Part shown: positions 62,547 through 63,081 of the stretch, piece by piece | Numbering within the stretch: the first letter of the stretch is position 1 | Layout: each line of letters opens with the position of its first letter | Origin: Candidatus Angelobacter sp. | GTDB taxonomy: Bacteria; Acidobacteriota; Terriglobia; Terriglobales; Acidobacteriaceae | Direction: 5' to 3' | NCBI GenBank assembly: GCA_035277785.1 | Contig: DATEJX010000086.1 | Location: 1 to 63,081, forward strand | Length of the DNA: 63,081 bases | Made by a program: the position numbers and the translations under genes | Notes under the pieces: model-generated | Told to the model about the DNA's origin: nothing | What the model saw: only the letters and a program-made list of their open reading frames with translations | Databases searched by the model: none

Positions 62547-62782
62547 TGCCGAAAGTCAAAATTCTGGTGATCTATACGGCAATCGACTTGCTCATCGGCA
62601 TCGGCGTGGTGTGGTGCGTGCTGCAGAGAATTCCCATCAGCAGATTCCTACTTCCGGCCACGGTGCTGTTTGTGCTGAATGGGATTTGGCTGGTGGTGAT
62701 GGTGGTGAGAACCACGCCACCCGGACACTCTCAAGACCTACCGCAGAAGCGGGGTGGCACGAAGAAAAGCATTCGCCGCTGA
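62546..62782 (+). CDS. Small two-TM membrane protein (78 aa)
   Basis: The ATG overlaps the fabI TGA by 1 nt. Two hydrophobic helices and a basic C-terminal tail. Confidence 0.45.
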   Translation: MPKVKILVIYTAIDLLIGIGVVWCVLQRIPISRFLLPATVLFVLNGIWLVVMVVRTTPPGHSQDLPQKRGGTKKSIRR

Positions 62783-62852
62783 TCCACGCAGATTAACACT
62801 GATAAAAAAAGAAGGCTCCCCTGATCCTCCGCGTCCTTCGTTCCTCTGTGTT

Positions 62853-63081
62853 TCAAAGGTGTCTCGGTGTTACCTGAATTACGCGATTGTCTCCTCCCAG
62901 CTGCTCAATCGCAATCTCTACGTCCCGTTCCTTCCTGAAGCGCTCAAACTTCTCTCCCCACTCAATCAGTAGGATCGTGTTCGGCTCCATGAGATCGTCG
63001 AGAGCCAAAGTATCAAGTTCACGCTGCGTATCAATGCGATAAAGATCAATGTGGTAAAGCGTGACTTCGGGACCGCGGTAT
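62853..63081 (-). CDS. tsaE: tRNA threonylcarbamoyladenosine biosynthesis ATPase TsaE (YjeE); C-terminal 75 codons only, since the gene runs off the window
   Basis: My own minus-strand translation gives ..YRGPEVTLYHIDLYRIDTQRELDTLALDDLMEPNTILLIEWGEKFERF.. ending at TGA (62853-62855). The H.DLYR...ELD.LG......I.LIEW motif is diagnostic of TsaE. It is absent from the ORF track because it has no in-window start. Confidence 0.8.
   Translation of the reverse strand, partial: YRGPEVTLYHIDLYRIDTQRELDTLALDDLMEPNTILLIEWGEKFERFRKERDVEIAIEQLGGDNRVIQVTPRHL

Noticed and set aside
1-63081. Searched by eye for tRNA/rRNA genes, CRISPR arrays, transposases, integrases, terminal inverted repeats, toxin-antitoxin pairs and known defence-system genes.
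   Set aside because: None were recognised. All large ORFs are accounted for by the listed features, and the spacers contain only terminators, short repeats and candidate small RNAs.

Overview
GC-rich bacterial chromosomal window with AT-richer intergenic spacers. It is probably from an Acidobacteriota (Terriglobia-like) genome. That placement is an inference from two ADOP-type duplicated MacB/FtsX permeases, a VWFA-related acidobacterial-type protein, and giant YVTN/Ig/MBG repeat proteins.

Layout:
(1) 53-21540: a co-directional island of secreted repeat proteins. It holds an 825-aa protein of unknown family, a 1,509-aa YVTN-propeller/Ig-like protein, a 378-aa six-bladed propeller lipoprotein, and a ~3,976-aa giant with three propeller modules, DUF11-like and Ig-like domains and 24 MBG-type repeats. 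The giant contains a recent ~3.17-kb intragenic tandem duplication.
(2) 21.9-35.7 kb: envelope and regulatory genes. These are an LpxL-family acyltransferase, a lipoprotein cytochrome c, a SYLF protein, two orphan ADOP permeases flanking an ABC-2 transporter plus DesK/NarL-type two-component module, an alpha/beta hydrolase and a pseudo-receiver LuxR regulator.
(3) 36.8-43.4 kb: a translationally coupled pair of very large secreted transglutaminase-like proteins. The second has lost the catalytic Cys and His.
(4) 43.4-52.5 kb: ECF sigma factor, bactofilin-methyltransferase pair, TSUP/DUF1634 pair, VWA protein and several small or low-complexity secreted proteins. The long spacers here carry terminators, repeats and candidate structured RNAs.
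(5) 52.5-63.1 kb: a GT2-GT39 glycosyltransferase pair, a selenocysteine-containing formate dehydrogenase operon (fdnGHI-fdhE, with in-frame UGA and SECIS hairpin), fabI and a partial tsaE.

I found no rRNA, tRNA, CRISPR array, transposase, integrase or obvious defence genes.

The most interesting items are the secreted repeat-protein island with its recently duplicated giant gene, the live/dead transglutaminase pair, the Sec recoding site with an unusual low-complexity insertion in FdnG, a GT39 gene whose first TM helix lies upstream of any canonical start codon, and candidate non-coding RNAs at 43.95-44.16 kb and 46.7-46.96 kb.

All family assignments come from motif reading by eye. No searches were run.
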